Positions 50,230 to 62,077 of a stretch of 64,000 nt of DNA are shown here, piece after piece. The stretch covers positions 160,001 through 224,000 of the forward strand of contig CANJVR010000001.1 in the NCBI GenBank assembly GCA_947478395.1, given 5' to 3'. A model generated the notes under the pieces. The model worked only from the letters and a program-made list of their open reading frames with translations. It was not told where the DNA came from and did no database searches. This DNA is from Opitutia bacterium. Lineage in GTDB: Bacteria; Verrucomicrobiota; Verrucomicrobiia; Opitutales; Opitutaceae. Position 1 is the stretch's first letter; the number at the start of each line of letters is the position of its first letter. The position numbers and the translations under genes were made by a program.

Positions 50230-51774
50230 TCAGTAAAATACGCTGCGGTCCAGCGAACGGTACTGGATGGCCTCGAGCAGATGATTCGCCTCGATGGAGT
50301 CCGTCGCGGCGAGATCGGCGATGGTGCGGGCCACTTTCAAAATGCGATCGTAAGCGCGCGCCGACAGGTTGAGTTGCTCCATCGCCTGTTGCAGCAGATC
50401 GCCGAGCGTGGAGTCGATCGCGCCGTGTTTGCGGATCTGGGCGTGGGACATACGGGCGTTGGTCGTGGTCTTCGAGCCGGCGAAGCGGGCATGCTGGCGC
50501 GTGCGGGCGGCCTGCACCCGCTCGCGTAAAACCGCCGACGTTTCGCCGGGCAGGCTCGAGCGGAGTTCGGTGATGCCCACCGCCGGCGCCTCGATGTGGA
50601 GGTCAATCCGGTCGAGCAACGGCCCGCTGATGCGCGCCCGATAGCGCTGCACTTGGGAAGGCGCGCAACGACACTCGTGCTTGGGATCGCCGAGATATCC
50701 GCACGGACACGGATTCATGGCCGCAACCAACATGAAGGCACACGGGAGAGTGACTTTGCCGGCACTGCGCGAGATCGTGACCACTCCGTCTTCGAGCGGT
50801 TGCCGCAGGACTTCGAGAGCGGAGCGCTTGAACTCGGGTAATTCGTCGAGAAACAACACGCCGTGATGCGCCAGCGAAATTTCCCCAGGACCGGGAATGG
50901 TGCCGCCACCCAGCAGAGCGATGTCCGACACCGTGTGATGCGGCGAACGAAAGGGCCGCGCACCCCACGTTGTCTCACCCGAAATCGTGCGACCCGCCGC
51001 CGAGTGAATGCTCAGAATTTCGAGATGCTCTTCGAGGGTCGGCGGCGGCATGATCGTCGGCAGACGTTTCGCGACCATCGATTTGCCGGCACCTGGCGGT
51101 CCGATCACCAGAAGATTATGCGAACCCGCCACCGCAACTTCGACCGCCCGACGCAGCGCGTGCTGGCCCTTGATCTCCGAAAAATCAGCCGTGGCATCGA
51201 GCGACGGCGCCGCCGTGGCGCGATGCCGGGCCAGTGCGGGGTCCAGCGGCACCAGCGGCTTTTCGCCGCTGAGAAAACGAAAAGCCTGGTCGAGGGATTC
51301 GACGCGGTAGACCGCGACGCCCTCCACCAACGCGGCCTCCTCGGCCGAAAGCGCGGGTAGCAACACGCCCCGTTTCCCGAGCGAGCGGGCGAGTCGCGTC
51401 ATCGCGAGCGCACCTCGGACTGGACGCGTCGCACCGGAAAGACTCAGTTCGCCCGCGATCAGAAAATCATCCAGCGCAGGCGCGAGCAGTTGTTTCGTCG
51501 CCACGAGAATGCCGAGCGCGATCGGGAGATCGTAGATCGGGCCTTCCTTGCGCAGATGGCCCGGAGCGAGGTTGATCGTGGTGCGGGTGCGCGGGGGTTT
51601 GAAGCCGCTGTTGCCAAGCGCGGAAAAAACGCGGTCCTCTGATTCCTTCACAGCAGCGTCGGGCAAACCGACGAGATAGATGCGGGGTTCGCCCGCTTCG
51701 CCGGCGTTGACTTCGACGTGAACGGGCGCGGCCTCGATGCCTTGCAGCGCCGCCGAGGAGATTGTGGCGAGCAT
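50230..51774 (-). CDS. comM: ComM/YifB Mg-chelatase-like AAA+ ATPase
   Basis: [65 protein letters not shown]. Confidence 0.95.
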   Translation of the reverse strand: MLATISSAALQGIEAAPVHVEVNAGEAGEPRIYLVGLPDAAVKESEDRVFSALGNSGFKPPRTRTTINLAPGHLRKEGPIYDLPIALGILVATKQLLAPALDDFLIAGELSLSGATRPVRGALAMTRLARSLGKRGVLLPALSAEEAALVEGVAVYRVESLDQAFRFLSGEKPLVPLDPALARHRATAAPSLDATADFSEIKGQHALRRAVEVAVAGSHNLLVIGPPGAGKSMVAKRLPTIMPPPTLEEHLEILSIHSAAGRTISGETTWGARPFRSPHHTVSDIALLGGGTIPGPGEISLAHHGVLFLDELPEFKRSALEVLRQPLEDGVVTISRSAGKVTLPCAFMLVAAMNPCPCGYLGDPKHECRCAPSQVQRYRARISGPLLDRIDLHIEAPAVGITELRSSLPGETSAVLRERVQAARTRQHARFAGSKTTTNARMSHAQIRKHGAIDSTLGDLLQQAMEQLNLSARAYDRILKVARTIADLAATDSIEANHLLEAIQYRSLDRSVFY

Positions 51775-52145
51775 ACCGTCAGCCGCCCTTCAGCCCGCGT
51801 TTGATGATCTCGATATTTTGCCCGGCGGCGACGAGGTAACGATTGGCTCCACCCGGATAGGGCGCGGCGAGCGGGCGGTTCATAAATTCATCCGACTCTC
51901 GAAATTCGCGGTCAAGCGCGCCGAGTTTATCAGGTTAAGGATCGACGCGCCCGGAAACAGGACGCGAAAGATGACGCCGGTGAAGCGCTCCAGCGCGACC
52001 AGATCCTTGGTGCTGACCGGGAACGGCGACGTCGCGGGAGTCATGCGGATCGATCGTTAAAATCCCCTTGAAGGCCCGTTGGCATTGGCGCGATTACGAA
52101 TTTGCAGAAAAGCGGAGCAAGGCCTAACCCTGTCTTTCACGTTGT

Positions 52146-52730
52146 ATGACACTGGGTATTACCGGCGGGATCGGATGCGGCAAATCAAGCGCTGCGCAGG
52201 CTTTCGCGGCGCGGGGCTTTGCCCTGATCGACTCCGATGCTTTGATCCGCGAACAGGTCCTGACCGCGCCGTCCATCGTCGAGGCCGTGCGGCAGCGCTA
52301 TGGCGATGGCGTCGTGACTGCCGCCGGCACCATCGATCGCTCCGCGCTGGCGAGTCGCATCTTCACTGATGACACAGAACGCCATTGGCTGGAAAGCCTG
52401 ACGCATCCGGTCCTTTTGGAACTGTGGCGTCGGCTGCTCGCTGGAAACCCGGCCGGGCCTTGGGCCGTGGAGGTACCGCTGCTGTTTGAGCAAAGTTTGG
52501 AAAATTGGTTTGATTTCACGATCTGCGTGGCCTGTTCTCCGAGCCAGCAACTCGCCCGTCTGGAGCAACGCGGCCTCTCGCGCACGCTCGCCGGCCAACG
52601 TATCTCAAAGCAATTGCCGCTGGCGCGCAAAATCGAGTTGGCTGACATGGTCCTGTGGAACGACGGCTCCGCCGCTTTTCTCCAAGCTCAGGTCGACCAC
52701 CTCATCGCTGCGCTGCCGGCCCTCCGCTAA
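52146..52730 (+). CDS. coaE: Dephospho-CoA kinase
   Basis: GITGGIGCGKS, IDSD, THP, EVPLLFE. Confidence 0.93.
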   Translation: MTLGITGGIGCGKSSAAQAFAARGFALIDSDALIREQVLTAPSIVEAVRQRYGDGVVTAAGTIDRSALASRIFTDDTERHWLESLTHPVLLELWRRLLAGNPAGPWAVEVPLLFEQSLENWFDFTICVACSPSQQLARLEQRGLSRTLAGQRISKQLPLARKIELADMVLWNDGSAAFLQAQVDHLIAALPALR

Positions 52731-52786
52731 CTCCCATTTCGCGCCTTTATCCGGGCGCACCCTCCCTGTTTTTCGTTCAATTTTTC

Positions 52787-54751
52787 ATGGAAATTCCTCC
52801 CAGCCACGACGACTCCGCGTCGTCCGCCCAGCCCGATTCGACGGGCGGCAAAACCAAGAAGACGGTGCGTCCCCGCGCCAGCGCCCGCGCTCCCCGCAAG
52901 CCGAAGGCCGCCAAGTCAGACGCTGCCTCTGAAGCGCCTGCTGGCCAGCCGGCTTCCGCCCGCGAACCCGACGCGCCCCGTCAGACGGAGATTTTTCAAC
53001 CCGAACCGCCTGCGCCCCGCGCTTCATTTTCTCCGGACCCGAGCGCTTCGCGTGAAAACAATGCCCCGGCCGATCAGGGCAGCAGCTCCGGCCCTGCCGG
53101 CGATGGCCCGAATCACGACAGTGCCGCTCAGGATCACGGTGGTGGTGGTGGGAGTGGCGAAGGAAACTTCCAAGGCGGCGGCCAGCCCCAACACCGCGGC
53201 GGTGGTGGGGGTCATGGCGGTGGCGGCGGTCAGGGCGAGTGGCAGGACCGCAACGCTTGGAAGCGCAACAAGCGCAAGCGTGGGCGCCATGGCGGCGGCC
53301 CGTGGCAACCCAATGGTCCGGGTCCCAGTGCCGGCGGCGGTGGTGGTGGCGCCCCCAGCGCCCCGTTGCATCCGCCCCAACCTCCCCCACCCAGCGCGCC
53401 GAAACATTTTGGCGACTTGCCGAATCCCGCGCGATTCTCCGATCTCACCGCGCTGGCCGCGACCGCCCAGGATATTTCATCCGGCGGCGGCGAACCAGTC
53501 GTGTTGGAAAAACTCTACGCGCTGAGTCTCGCCGATCTCACCGCTTACACGCGGGCCCAAGGTATCGCTTTCGAGGGCGCACCCACCCGAAAACAATTTC
53601 AGGCGATGATCTTCGCGGCCGCCACCGCGGCCAAACGCCCGATTCTCGATCGCGGCTACATCGATATCAACGATCTCGGCGCCTTCATCGTCCACGAGCA
53701 GGGCAACTACCGGCTTTACTCAGACGACGCCTTTCTCCCCGAGACGTTGATCGCCCGCTACGGCCTCAAACGCGGGCACCAAGTTGAAGTCCAGGTCCAA
53801 GCCCCGCTCCCCGGCGAACGCTGCCCGTCAGTGGTGCGCATCGATAAAGTCATGGGCATGGCGCCGGGCGACATCGCGAACGTCGTGCCGTTTGAGGAGC
53901 TCGTGCCTTACTACCCGTTGAAACGCATCCTGCTCGAAGATGCCGAGGTCGTGAAGGACGTCTCGATGCGCGCGATCGATATCCTGACCCCGATCGGCTT
54001 TGGCCAGCGCGCGCTCATCGTCGCACCGCCGCGCACGGGCAAAACTGTGTTGCTGCAAAATATCGCGAACTCGATCTCGGCGAACAGCCCCGACGTAAAG
54101 CTCATCCTGCTGCTCATCGACGAACGCCCCGAGGAGGTCACAGATTTCCGCCGCCACACGAAAGGGGAAGTCGTTTCCTCGACCTTCGACGAAACGCCCG
54201 AGAGCCACGTTCACTGCGCCGAAATGGTCGGTGAAAAAGCCCGCCGCCTCGTCGAGCAAGGCCAGCATGTCGTCATCCTTCTCGACTCGATCACGCGTCT
54301 CGCCCGCGCCTACAACGCCCTGACGGGCAACGCCGGAAAAACGATGTCGGGCGGTCTCGAATCAAACGCGCTGCAAAAGCCGAAACGTTTCTTCGGCGCC
54401 GCGCGCAACATCGAGGGCGCCGGCAGTCTCACGATCATCGCCACCGCGCTGATCGACACCGGCTCGCGCATGGACGAGATCATCTTCGAGGAATTCAAGG
54501 GCACCGGTAATTGCGAGGTGCATCTGGACCGCGGCCTGGTCGAGCGCCGGATTTTCCCCGCGATCAACATCGACCGCTCCGGCACGCGCAAGGAAGAGCT
54601 CATTTATCACCCCGAGGAATTGCAGCGCATCTTTGGCCTGCGCCGCGCGATGCAGGGCCTCGGCCCGATCGAATCGATGGAAATGCTGATCACCCGGCTC
54701 AAGAAGACGAAGTCCAACGCCGAGTTCCTCCTCAGCCTGAGCCGGCAGTAA
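52787..54751 (+). CDS. rho: Transcription termination factor Rho with long disordered N-terminus
   Basis: PIGFGQRALIVAPPRTGKT, LIDERPEEVTD, DSITRLARAYN, EEFKGTGN, SGTRKEEL. Confidence 0.97.
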   Translation: MEIPPSHDDSASSAQPDSTGGKTKKTVRPRASARAPRKPKAAKSDAASEAPAGQPASAREPDAPRQTEIFQPEPPAPRASFSPDPSASRENNAPADQGSSSGPAGDGPNHDSAAQDHGGGGGSGEGNFQGGGQPQHRGGGGGHGGGGGQGEWQDRNAWKRNKRKRGRHGGGPWQPNGPGPSAGGGGGGAPSAPLHPPQPPPPSAPKHFGDLPNPARFSDLTALAATAQDISSGGGEPVVLEKLYALSLADLTAYTRAQGIAFEGAPTRKQFQAMIFAAATAAKRPILDRGYIDINDLGAFIVHEQGNYRLYSDDAFLPETLIARYGLKRGHQVEVQVQAPLPGERCPSVVRIDKVMGMAPGDIANVVPFEELVPYYPLKRILLEDAEVVKDVSMRAIDILTPIGFGQRALIVAPPRTGKTVLLQNIANSISANSPDVKLILLLIDERPEEVTDFRRHTKGEVVSSTFDETPESHVHCAEMVGEKARRLVEQGQHVVILLDSITRLARAYNALTGNAGKTMSGGLESNALQKPKRFFGAARNIEGAGSLTIIATALIDTGSRMDEIIFEEFKGTGNCEVHLDRGLVERRIFPAINIDRSGTRKEELIYHPEELQRIFGLRRAMQGLGPIESMEMLITRLKKTKSNAEFLLSLSRQ

Positions 54752-54764
54752 ACCACCCCGCCCG

Positions 54765-56537
54765 ATGTCCTCGTCACCGACCCGTTCCGCGCTTTCCGCC
54801 AAGACGGGCGGAGCCGACGATTTCATCGTCCAGCTGGCGCTCAGCAAAGGCCTGCTCACCGAGCAACAAATCGCCCACGCCCGGAGCATCGCCGCCACCC
54901 ACGACGATCTCACGGTGCCGGCACGGCGGCTGTTCGATGTGCTGGTGGACGCAGCGCTCATCGACGCCCAACGCGTCGCGGCCCTGCTGGCCGAGGAGTT
55001 CGGCATGCCGCTCGCGCCGGACCTCGCCGCGCTCCGCGTCCCCGGCGATGTCCTGGGCCTCGTGCCCCGCGAACTCGCCGCCCACTATCACCTGCTGCCC
55101 TTCGCGCACGACGGTCGCACGCTTCGGGTCGCAGTGGCCGATCCCTTGGATAGCGACGGCATCGACAGCCTCGGCCACATGCTGAAGCTCACCATCGAGC
55201 CGCATGTCGCCACGGCGGCCGACATCGCCGCCGCGATCGACCGTTTCTACGGAAAAGACGCGGGCTCGATCGACGAGCTGCTCAATAATCTCTCCGCCGC
55301 CGGCAATGGCGGCCCGGCCGCCACCACGACCGCGAGCAGCGCCGGCGACATCAGCGACACCGAGGCCGATGCGCCCGTGGTGAAACTCGTCCACACCATT
55401 ATTCTCGAGGCGATCCAGCGCCGCGCTTCCGACATTCACCTCGAGCCGTTGGAGAAACGTTTCCGCGTGCGCTACCGCATCGACGGCGTGCTCCTCGAAG
55501 TTGAAAATCCGCCGAAGCGACTCCAGCTCGCGATGATCTCCCGCCTGAAAATCATGGCGAACATCAGCATCGCGGAGAAACGCATCCCGCAGGACGGCCG
55601 CATCCAGATCGTCATGAACGGCCGTCAGCTCGACCTGCGCGTGTCGTCGCTGCCCACCGCCCACGGCGAGAGCATCGTGATGCGCATCCTCGACAAGGAA
55701 GGCCTGCAACTCGGCCTGCCCGAACTCGGTTTTTTCAGCGACGACCAGCAAACCCTCGAGCGCCTCATCGCCCTGCCCGACGGCATCGTACTCGTGACGG
55801 GACCGACCGGCTCCGGCAAGACCACCACGCTCTACAGCTGCCTCCACGTCATCAACAAACCCGACCGCAAGATCATCACCGTCGAGGATCCGGTCGAGTA
55901 TCAGCTCAACGGCATCAACCAGGTCCCGGTGCGCGCGGAAGTCGGCCTCACCTTCGCCGCCGCGCTGCGGGCGATGCTCCGGCAGGCGCCGAATATCGTG
56001 ATGATCGGCGAAATCCGCGACCTCGAGACGGCGGAGATCGCCATCAACGCCTCGCTCACGGGCCACATGGTATTCTCCACGTTGCACACGAACGACGCGC
56101 CCAGCGCCGTCACCCGCCTCATCGACATCGGCGTGAAACCGTTCCTTGTTTCCACCGCGCTCCGCGCGACGATGGCGCAGCGCCTCGTGCGCAAAATCTG
56201 TGCGAAGTGCCGCCAGCCCTACACACCCGAACCGCACGAACTGCGCGCGCTCGAACTCAACGCATCCCAGATCGCCACCGCAAATTTCTCCCGCGGCGCC
56301 GGTTGTGCGGCCTGCAACGGCACCGGTTTTCGCGGCCGCCTCAGCATCGTCGAGATTTTCTCCGTCAACGAAGAGCTCCAGCGCATGATCTATGATCACG
56401 CCGGGTCCGCCAAACTCCGCGAAAAAGCCCGCGCCCTCGGCATGCGCACGATGCGCGAAGATGGCGCCCGCAAAGTCATCGCCGGTCTCACGACGTTCGA
56501 GGAAGTCGTCTCGATCACCGTGGGGGACGCAAGCTGA
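54765..56537 (+). CDS. PilB/GspE assembly ATPase 1
   Basis: [45 protein letters not shown], CxxC...CxxC. Confidence 0.92.
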   Translation: MSSSPTRSALSAKTGGADDFIVQLALSKGLLTEQQIAHARSIAATHDDLTVPARRLFDVLVDAALIDAQRVAALLAEEFGMPLAPDLAALRVPGDVLGLVPRELAAHYHLLPFAHDGRTLRVAVADPLDSDGIDSLGHMLKLTIEPHVATAADIAAAIDRFYGKDAGSIDELLNNLSAAGNGGPAATTTASSAGDISDTEADAPVVKLVHTIILEAIQRRASDIHLEPLEKRFRVRYRIDGVLLEVENPPKRLQLAMISRLKIMANISIAEKRIPQDGRIQIVMNGRQLDLRVSSLPTAHGESIVMRILDKEGLQLGLPELGFFSDDQQTLERLIALPDGIVLVTGPTGSGKTTTLYSCLHVINKPDRKIITVEDPVEYQLNGINQVPVRAEVGLTFAAALRAMLRQAPNIVMIGEIRDLETAEIAINASLTGHMVFSTLHTNDAPSAVTRLIDIGVKPFLVSTALRATMAQRLVRKICAKCRQPYTPEPHELRALELNASQIATANFSRGAGCAACNGTGFRGRLSIVEIFSVNEELQRMIYDHAGSAKLREKARALGMRTMREDGARKVIAGLTTFEEVVSITVGDAS

Positions 56538-56572
56538 CCGGCATCGCCCACGTTCGTCCGACCGCCTTCACC

Positions 56573-57655
56573 GTGCCCTACGAAATGAACGATCTGCTCG
56601 AACTCGTCGTCGAGCAAAACGCGTCCGATCTCCACTTGCAGGTCGGCCAGCCGCCTACGCTGCGGCTCAGCGGCAGCATGACCCCCATCGACGGGCCGGA
56701 TCTCACGCCGGCCGACACCGAGCTGCTCATGCAGGCGATCACGCCGGACAATCACATCAGCGCCGTGAAGCTGAATGGCGGCACCGATTTCGGTTTCGCG
56801 TTCGGCGCGAAAGCCCGGTTCCGCGTTTCCGTGCTGCGCTCGAAGGGTTACTACGGCTTGGTCCTCCGCCAGATTCCCTGCAAAATGTTCGGCCTGCGCG
56901 ACATTGGCCTGCCCGACAAGATCCGCGAACTGCTTTACCGTCCGCGCGGCCTGATTCTCGTCACGGGCCCGACCGGCTCCGGCAAATCCACCACGCTCGC
57001 CTCGATGGTGAACTACATCAACGAGCACCGCGAAGGTCACATCATCACGATCGAGGACCCGATCGAGTATTACCATCCGCACAAACGCTGCATCGTGACG
57101 CAGCGGGAAGTGCACGTCGATGTGCCGAGCTTTTCGGAGGCGATCCGCCGCGCGCTTCGCCAGGACCCGGACATCATCCTGGTCGGTGAAATGCGCGACC
57201 TCGAAACCATCGAGGCCGCGATCAGCGCCGCCGAGACCGGCCACTTGGTCTTCGGTACGCTACACACGAACAGCGCGGCCAAGACCGTCGACCGCATCGT
57301 CGACGCGTTTCCGGCGAGCAGAAAGGACCTGATTCGTACCCAGCTTGCGTCGTCGCTGATCGCGGTCGTTTCCCAGGTGCTCTGCAAGAAAATCGGCGGC
57401 GGGCGCATCGCGGGCTACGAAATCATGGTCACCACGACCTCGATCGCCGCGCTCATTCGCGAAAACAAAACCTTTCGCATCACGTCGGATATTCAGACGG
57501 GTGCCAACCTCGGCATGATCACGATGGACACGCATCTGATGAGCCTCGTGAACCGCAAACTCATCTCACCCGACGAGGCCCTGGAAAAAGCGCAGGACCC
57601 GCTCGTGATGCGTGAAAAGCTCCTCGCGAGCGGCGCGCAGTTACGGGAATTATGA
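56573..57655 (+). CDS. pilT: Type IV pilus retraction ATPase
   Basis: [50 protein letters not shown]. Confidence 0.93.
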   Translation: MPYEMNDLLELVVEQNASDLHLQVGQPPTLRLSGSMTPIDGPDLTPADTELLMQAITPDNHISAVKLNGGTDFGFAFGAKARFRVSVLRSKGYYGLVLRQIPCKMFGLRDIGLPDKIRELLYRPRGLILVTGPTGSGKSTTLASMVNYINEHREGHIITIEDPIEYYHPHKRCIVTQREVHVDVPSFSEAIRRALRQDPDIILVGEMRDLETIEAAISAAETGHLVFGTLHTNSAAKTVDRIVDAFPASRKDLIRTQLASSLIAVVSQVLCKKIGGGRIAGYEIMVTTTSIAALIRENKTFRITSDIQTGANLGMITMDTHLMSLVNRKLISPDEALEKAQDPLVMREKLLASGAQLREL

Positions 57656-57756
57656 TCGCACCGCGCGGAGAAACCCAAAGCTGCATCCTTCTGCTATAAG
57701 CTAGCCCAAGCACACCGAGCCATTCTTGCTATCGAAAAGTCAGTCGGTCCCACCCC

Positions 57757-59448
57757 ATGTTCCCCACCCACAGCCCGGCCATCTACGAGTTTTTGCGCGA
57801 CCACCGGCTCGTCGACCGGGAACAACTCGACGCGCTCAACGAGGAACACAAGGCCACGGGCAAGCCGCTCGCCGACGTCGTGGTCGATCTCGGTCTCATC
57901 GAAAAGCCGGCGTTGCTGACGAAGATCGCCGACCATCTCGGCTTCGACTATCTGCCCGACATGCCCGGCCAGTTTCCCGGTGACGCGATCGCTGCGCTGA
58001 CCGGCAAGCTCGCGCGCGATTACGCCGTGATGCCGTTTCGCGCCGACGCCGGCACGATCGACCTGCTCGCTGCGGACCCGTTTAACAGCCATCTCATCGA
58101 CGATCTCACTTTTGCGCTGGGCCGGAGCGTTCGCCTGTTTCTCGCCGACCCCGACAAGATCGACGTCCAGATCAAGCAGCACTACGGCGAGGACGACGCC
58201 AGCATGGACGAGCTGCTCCACGAGATCAGCACCGGCGAGTTTACGCAGGACGAAAGCAAACTCTCTGAGCACGACATCGAGACGATGGCGGAGCAGACGC
58301 CGATCATCCGCTTCGTTAATCTCGTCCTCGGGCAAGCGATCCGCGACAAGGCGAGCGACATCCATTTCGAGCCCTTCGAACACGAATTCAAAATCCGCTA
58401 CCGCATCGATGGCGCGCTCTACGAAATGGCGCCGCCGCCGCGTCCGCTCGCGCTGCCGATCACTTCGCGCATCAAGGTTCTCGCCAACCTCAACATTTCT
58501 GAGCGTCGCATCCCGCAGGATGGCCGCATCAAGATCACCCTCGCCGGCCGTCAGGTCGATTTGCGCGTCTCCACCCTGCCGACGCAGTTCGGCGAGAGCG
58601 TCGTGCTTCGCGTCCTCGATCAATCGGCCGTGCAACTCGACATCACGCAACTCGGTCTGCCGCCCGACGTGTTCGCGGGTTTGAACGAGATCGTCCGCCG
58701 GCCCAACGGTATTTTTATCGTCACGGGCCCCACCGGCTCGGGCAAAACGACGACGCTCTACAGCGGACTCCGCGTCATCAATACGCCCGATCTGAAAATT
58801 CTCACCGCCGAGGATCCCGTGGAATACGAGATCGAGGGCCTCATGCAGGTCCCGGTAAATCCGCTCGTCGGGCTCACGTTCGCCTCGGCCTTACGGTCGT
58901 TTCTCCGGCAGGATCCCGATGTGATCATGGTCGGTGAAATCCGCGATCTCGAGACGGCGCAGATTTCCATCCAAGCCTCGCTCACCGGCCATCTCGTGCT
59001 GTCCACGCTGCACACCAATGACGCCGCCGGCGCGGTCACGCGCCTGATCGACATGGGCGTCGAGCCCTTCCTCATCGCTTCCACGCTGGAAGCCGTGCTC
59101 GCCCAGCGCCTCGTGCGCCGCATCTGCCCGCAATGCAAGACCAGCTACGAACCGCCCGACTCCCTGCTCGCCCCGCTCGGCCTCACGCGAACGACCCTCG
59201 GCGACCGGCATTTTTCCTTCGGTCGTGGCTGCGGCCACTGCAATCAAACCGGCTATAAAGGCCGGCTCGGCATTTACGAATGGCTGCGGTTGACCGAAGC
59301 CATCCGCGACCTCGTCGTGGCGCGCGCCTCCACCCTCGTGATTCGGCAAAAGGCGCTGGAGGAGGGCATGCGCACCCTCCGCGACGACGGTCTGCGCGCG
59401 ATCTTCGACGGCCAAACCACGATCGAGGAAGTGATCAAATACACCTGA
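57757..59448 (+). CDS. PilB/GspE assembly ATPase 2
   Basis: [36 protein letters not shown]...CGHC. Confidence 0.92.
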   Translation: MFPTHSPAIYEFLRDHRLVDREQLDALNEEHKATGKPLADVVVDLGLIEKPALLTKIADHLGFDYLPDMPGQFPGDAIAALTGKLARDYAVMPFRADAGTIDLLAADPFNSHLIDDLTFALGRSVRLFLADPDKIDVQIKQHYGEDDASMDELLHEISTGEFTQDESKLSEHDIETMAEQTPIIRFVNLVLGQAIRDKASDIHFEPFEHEFKIRYRIDGALYEMAPPPRPLALPITSRIKVLANLNISERRIPQDGRIKITLAGRQVDLRVSTLPTQFGESVVLRVLDQSAVQLDITQLGLPPDVFAGLNEIVRRPNGIFIVTGPTGSGKTTTLYSGLRVINTPDLKILTAEDPVEYEIEGLMQVPVNPLVGLTFASALRSFLRQDPDVIMVGEIRDLETAQISIQASLTGHLVLSTLHTNDAAGAVTRLIDMGVEPFLIASTLEAVLAQRLVRRICPQCKTSYEPPDSLLAPLGLTRTTLGDRHFSFGRGCGHCNQTGYKGRLGIYEWLRLTEAIRDLVVARASTLVIRQKALEEGMRTLRDDGLRAIFDGQTTIEEVIKYT

Positions 59449-59468
59449 TCTGGCCCGAACCATCTCCC

Positions 59469-60653
59469 ATGCCCGCCGCATCCAAACTTACCCTCGGTGC
59501 CAAACCCGCGCCGGCCGGCCCAACCTCCCGGCCCGGGTCTCCGTCCACCGCAAGCGTCGGCAAGGTCGGCGCCACACCCGCGAAGAAATCCCGCGGCATC
59601 ATCATCGGACGCGCCATCAACAGCAAAGGCATCACCCTGTTCACCCGGCAGCTCGCGACCTTGGTCAAGGCCGGCATGCCCATCCTGCGGAGCCTGGAAG
59701 TCCTCGCGCGCCAGGAAAAACGCCCGGCGTTCAAAATCGTGCTCGATGAAATCGCCGATGCGATTCGTTCCGGCGGCAATTTCTCCGACGGTCTAGCGGC
59801 ACATCCGAAGCTCTTCGACCGGCTCTACGTCAACATGGTAAAGGCCGGCGAAGCGGGCGGCGTGCTTACCACGGTGCTGGAGCGGCTCGCGGTGTTCAGC
59901 GAAAAATCCGAGCGCATCAAGGGCAAGGTGAAGTCGGCCATGATCTACCCGATCATCATCACTTTCGTCGCCGTCACGATCGTTTCGATCTTGATGGTTT
60001 TCGTGGTGCCGAAATTCCAGGAGATCTTCACCGGCCTGCTCAAAGGCCAGCCGCTGCCGACGCTCACCCAAATCCTGCTCACGGTGAGTTATTTCATGCG
60101 CGATCATTTCATCATGACGATTGCGCTGCTCGTGGGACTCTATTTTGGGCTCGGTCTTTTTCGCCGCACGCGCACCGGTGCCCGCTGGTTTGATTCCGCC
60201 CTGATTCGCATGCCGATGCTCGGGGATTTATTTTTGAAGGCCGCCATCGCCCGGTTCACCCGGACTTTCGGCACCCTGCTCGCCAGCGGCGTGCCCATTC
60301 TTCAGGCCTTGGTCATCACGCGCGATACGAGCGGCAACGTCCACGTGGCCAACGCGCTCAACGTCGTGCACGACCGCGTGAAGGAAGGCGACAACGTCGC
60401 TAAGCCGCTCGAATCCACCGCGGTATTCCCCGGCATGGTGACCAGCATGATCGAGGTCGGCGAGGAAACCGGCGAATTGTCCGAAATGCTCACGCGCATC
60501 GCCGACAGCTACGACGAGGAAGTCGATAACGCGGTCGCCGGCCTGACCTCGATCATCGAGCCGGTGATGATCGTCTTCATGGCCGTGATGGTGGGCGGGA
60601 TCGTGATCGCGCTGTTCCTGCCGCTCGTGAGCATCATCCAGCACTTACAGTAA
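59469..60653 (+). CDS. pilC: PilC/GspF platform protein
   Basis: FTRQLATLVKAG, MVKAGEAGG, SAMIYP, GEETGEL, IIEP. Confidence 0.92.
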   Translation: MPAASKLTLGAKPAPAGPTSRPGSPSTASVGKVGATPAKKSRGIIIGRAINSKGITLFTRQLATLVKAGMPILRSLEVLARQEKRPAFKIVLDEIADAIRSGGNFSDGLAAHPKLFDRLYVNMVKAGEAGGVLTTVLERLAVFSEKSERIKGKVKSAMIYPIIITFVAVTIVSILMVFVVPKFQEIFTGLLKGQPLPTLTQILLTVSYFMRDHFIMTIALLVGLYFGLGLFRRTRTGARWFDSALIRMPMLGDLFLKAAIARFTRTFGTLLASGVPILQALVITRDTSGNVHVANALNVVHDRVKEGDNVAKPLESTAVFPGMVTSMIEVGEETGELSEMLTRIADSYDEEVDNAVAGLTSIIEPVMIVFMAVMVGGIVIALFLPLVSIIQHLQ

Positions 60654-60834
60654 ACTCGGCCCACCTGCGTCGCTGGTGGTCTCGACCCAAATCCTCGCTC
60701 TCCCGCCCAACCAAACGAACCCGCCTCACCGGCCGCACCGCGCCAGTGTTTTAGCTCTTTTGCTTCAAACGTTAAATTTGGATAGCGCCGGATGGCCCTT
60801 CGCGCGCGATCGACTGCTCGGCCGCCGTATACCC

Positions 60835-61791
60835 ATGAAATCATTCTTCGCCTTCCTCATTTCTTCCCTCGGGCTTTTATTCGTGATGACGGCCGGGCAG
60901 ACGCCTGCTTCAGCGGGCGAGCTCAGCGAGATTCTTCATTTTTCCCTGCTACCAAAAGCGCTGCAAAAAAATCCCCGTCTGGAACTGACGGCCATCTGCG
61001 AGATGACCGATGACGGCCGAAAACTGCCCATCGTGACGAAGGATCGTCCCACCTACTACGTCCTGTCTTCGAACGGTAATCGCCAAGCGGGAGAAAATTA
61101 CGCGCATGAAAAAGTGATGCCCCAAGCCGGGGTCGCGCGCCTGCTCGAAAAGGCCCTCGCGGCCAATGGCTTTCTTCCGGCGGCGCCGGGCAAACTGCCC
61201 ACCGTTGTGATTTACTACACCTGGGGCTCGCACAATACGCTCGAAGAAAACGACTATGAAAATCCGGTGCATACCGACACCGAGATCGCCCGCAATCTCC
61301 TCGACCGCGCTTACCTGGTTGGCGGCGCGAAACTGGTGCGGGAGCTGCGCCAAGTGATCCAGGAAACAGAGGATATCAGCCTCATGACCACCCCGGCGCT
61401 GGCCACCGGTGGCGAACAGCCGATGCAGCCGGCGGCGTACGCGCTGATCAACCCCCTCAATCGCTTTCGCATGCATGGCGCGAAAAACGAGTTCATGATC
61501 AGCCAGTGCGGCAACAACGTGTATTACGTCGTGGCTTCCGCCTACGATCTCGCGTCAATCGCTTCAAAAAAACGCGTGCTCCTCTGGCGCACCCAGATGA
61601 CGGTCGGTTCCAACGGCCTCTCCCAGTCGCAGTCGTTTCCCGCTTTGGTCGCGTCCGCTGCGCCTTTTTTCGGCCGCGATATGACGGACCCGGAAATCAT
61701 CGTCCGCCATGTGGTGGACGACGGTCAGGTCACGGTCGGCCACGCCGTCGTCGTCCCGGACGCCACGGGCGCGACACCCACGAAGAAATAA
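60835..61791 (+). CDS. Secreted hypothetical protein (family of 26441)
   Basis: LLPKALQKNP, YYTWGSHN, LDRA.LVGG, YYVVASAYD, LLWRT. Confidence 0.8.
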   Translation: MKSFFAFLISSLGLLFVMTAGQTPASAGELSEILHFSLLPKALQKNPRLELTAICEMTDDGRKLPIVTKDRPTYYVLSSNGNRQAGENYAHEKVMPQAGVARLLEKALAANGFLPAAPGKLPTVVIYYTWGSHNTLEENDYENPVHTDTEIARNLLDRAYLVGGAKLVRELRQVIQETEDISLMTTPALATGGEQPMQPAAYALINPLNRFRMHGAKNEFMISQCGNNVYYVVASAYDLASIASKKRVLLWRTQMTVGSNGLSQSQSFPALVASAAPFFGRDMTDPEIIVRHVVDDGQVTVGHAVVVPDATGATPTKK

Positions 61792-62077
61792 ATCGCCGGG
61801 CGCTTCCAAAAAGCGCGTCCAGAACGCGCTTTCTCGTTTGTCATGGTAAGCGCAGCGCGGTGGGCGGGGTGCCCACAATTGTCATTGGCCGCTCCGGCGA
61901 AAGCGGCGCGGTCACCCCGAGGCTCAGGATGACAAACCGTATTCAGCCCGGCCCCACTTCGCCCGCGCCTTTTAAGGCCCCCAGTTCATCGTGAGCGTCA
62001 TCCGGCTTGCAGTACGGCCACGGCGAATATCCTCCCCACGAAGCTCGGGTTTCCGAGCATTTCATCCCCCAGCGCCC

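Noticed and set aside
51880..52044. 54-aa minus-strand ORF MTPATSPFPV... upstream of comM
   Set aside because: No recognisable motif; cannot be distinguished from a chance ORF.
61878..61934. tgtcat...ctcaggatgaca hairpin, and similar weak hairpins at 15113-15150, 13620-13690, 41385-41500 and 44760-44825
   Set aside because: Single degenerate copies in this window; no family or function can be supported.
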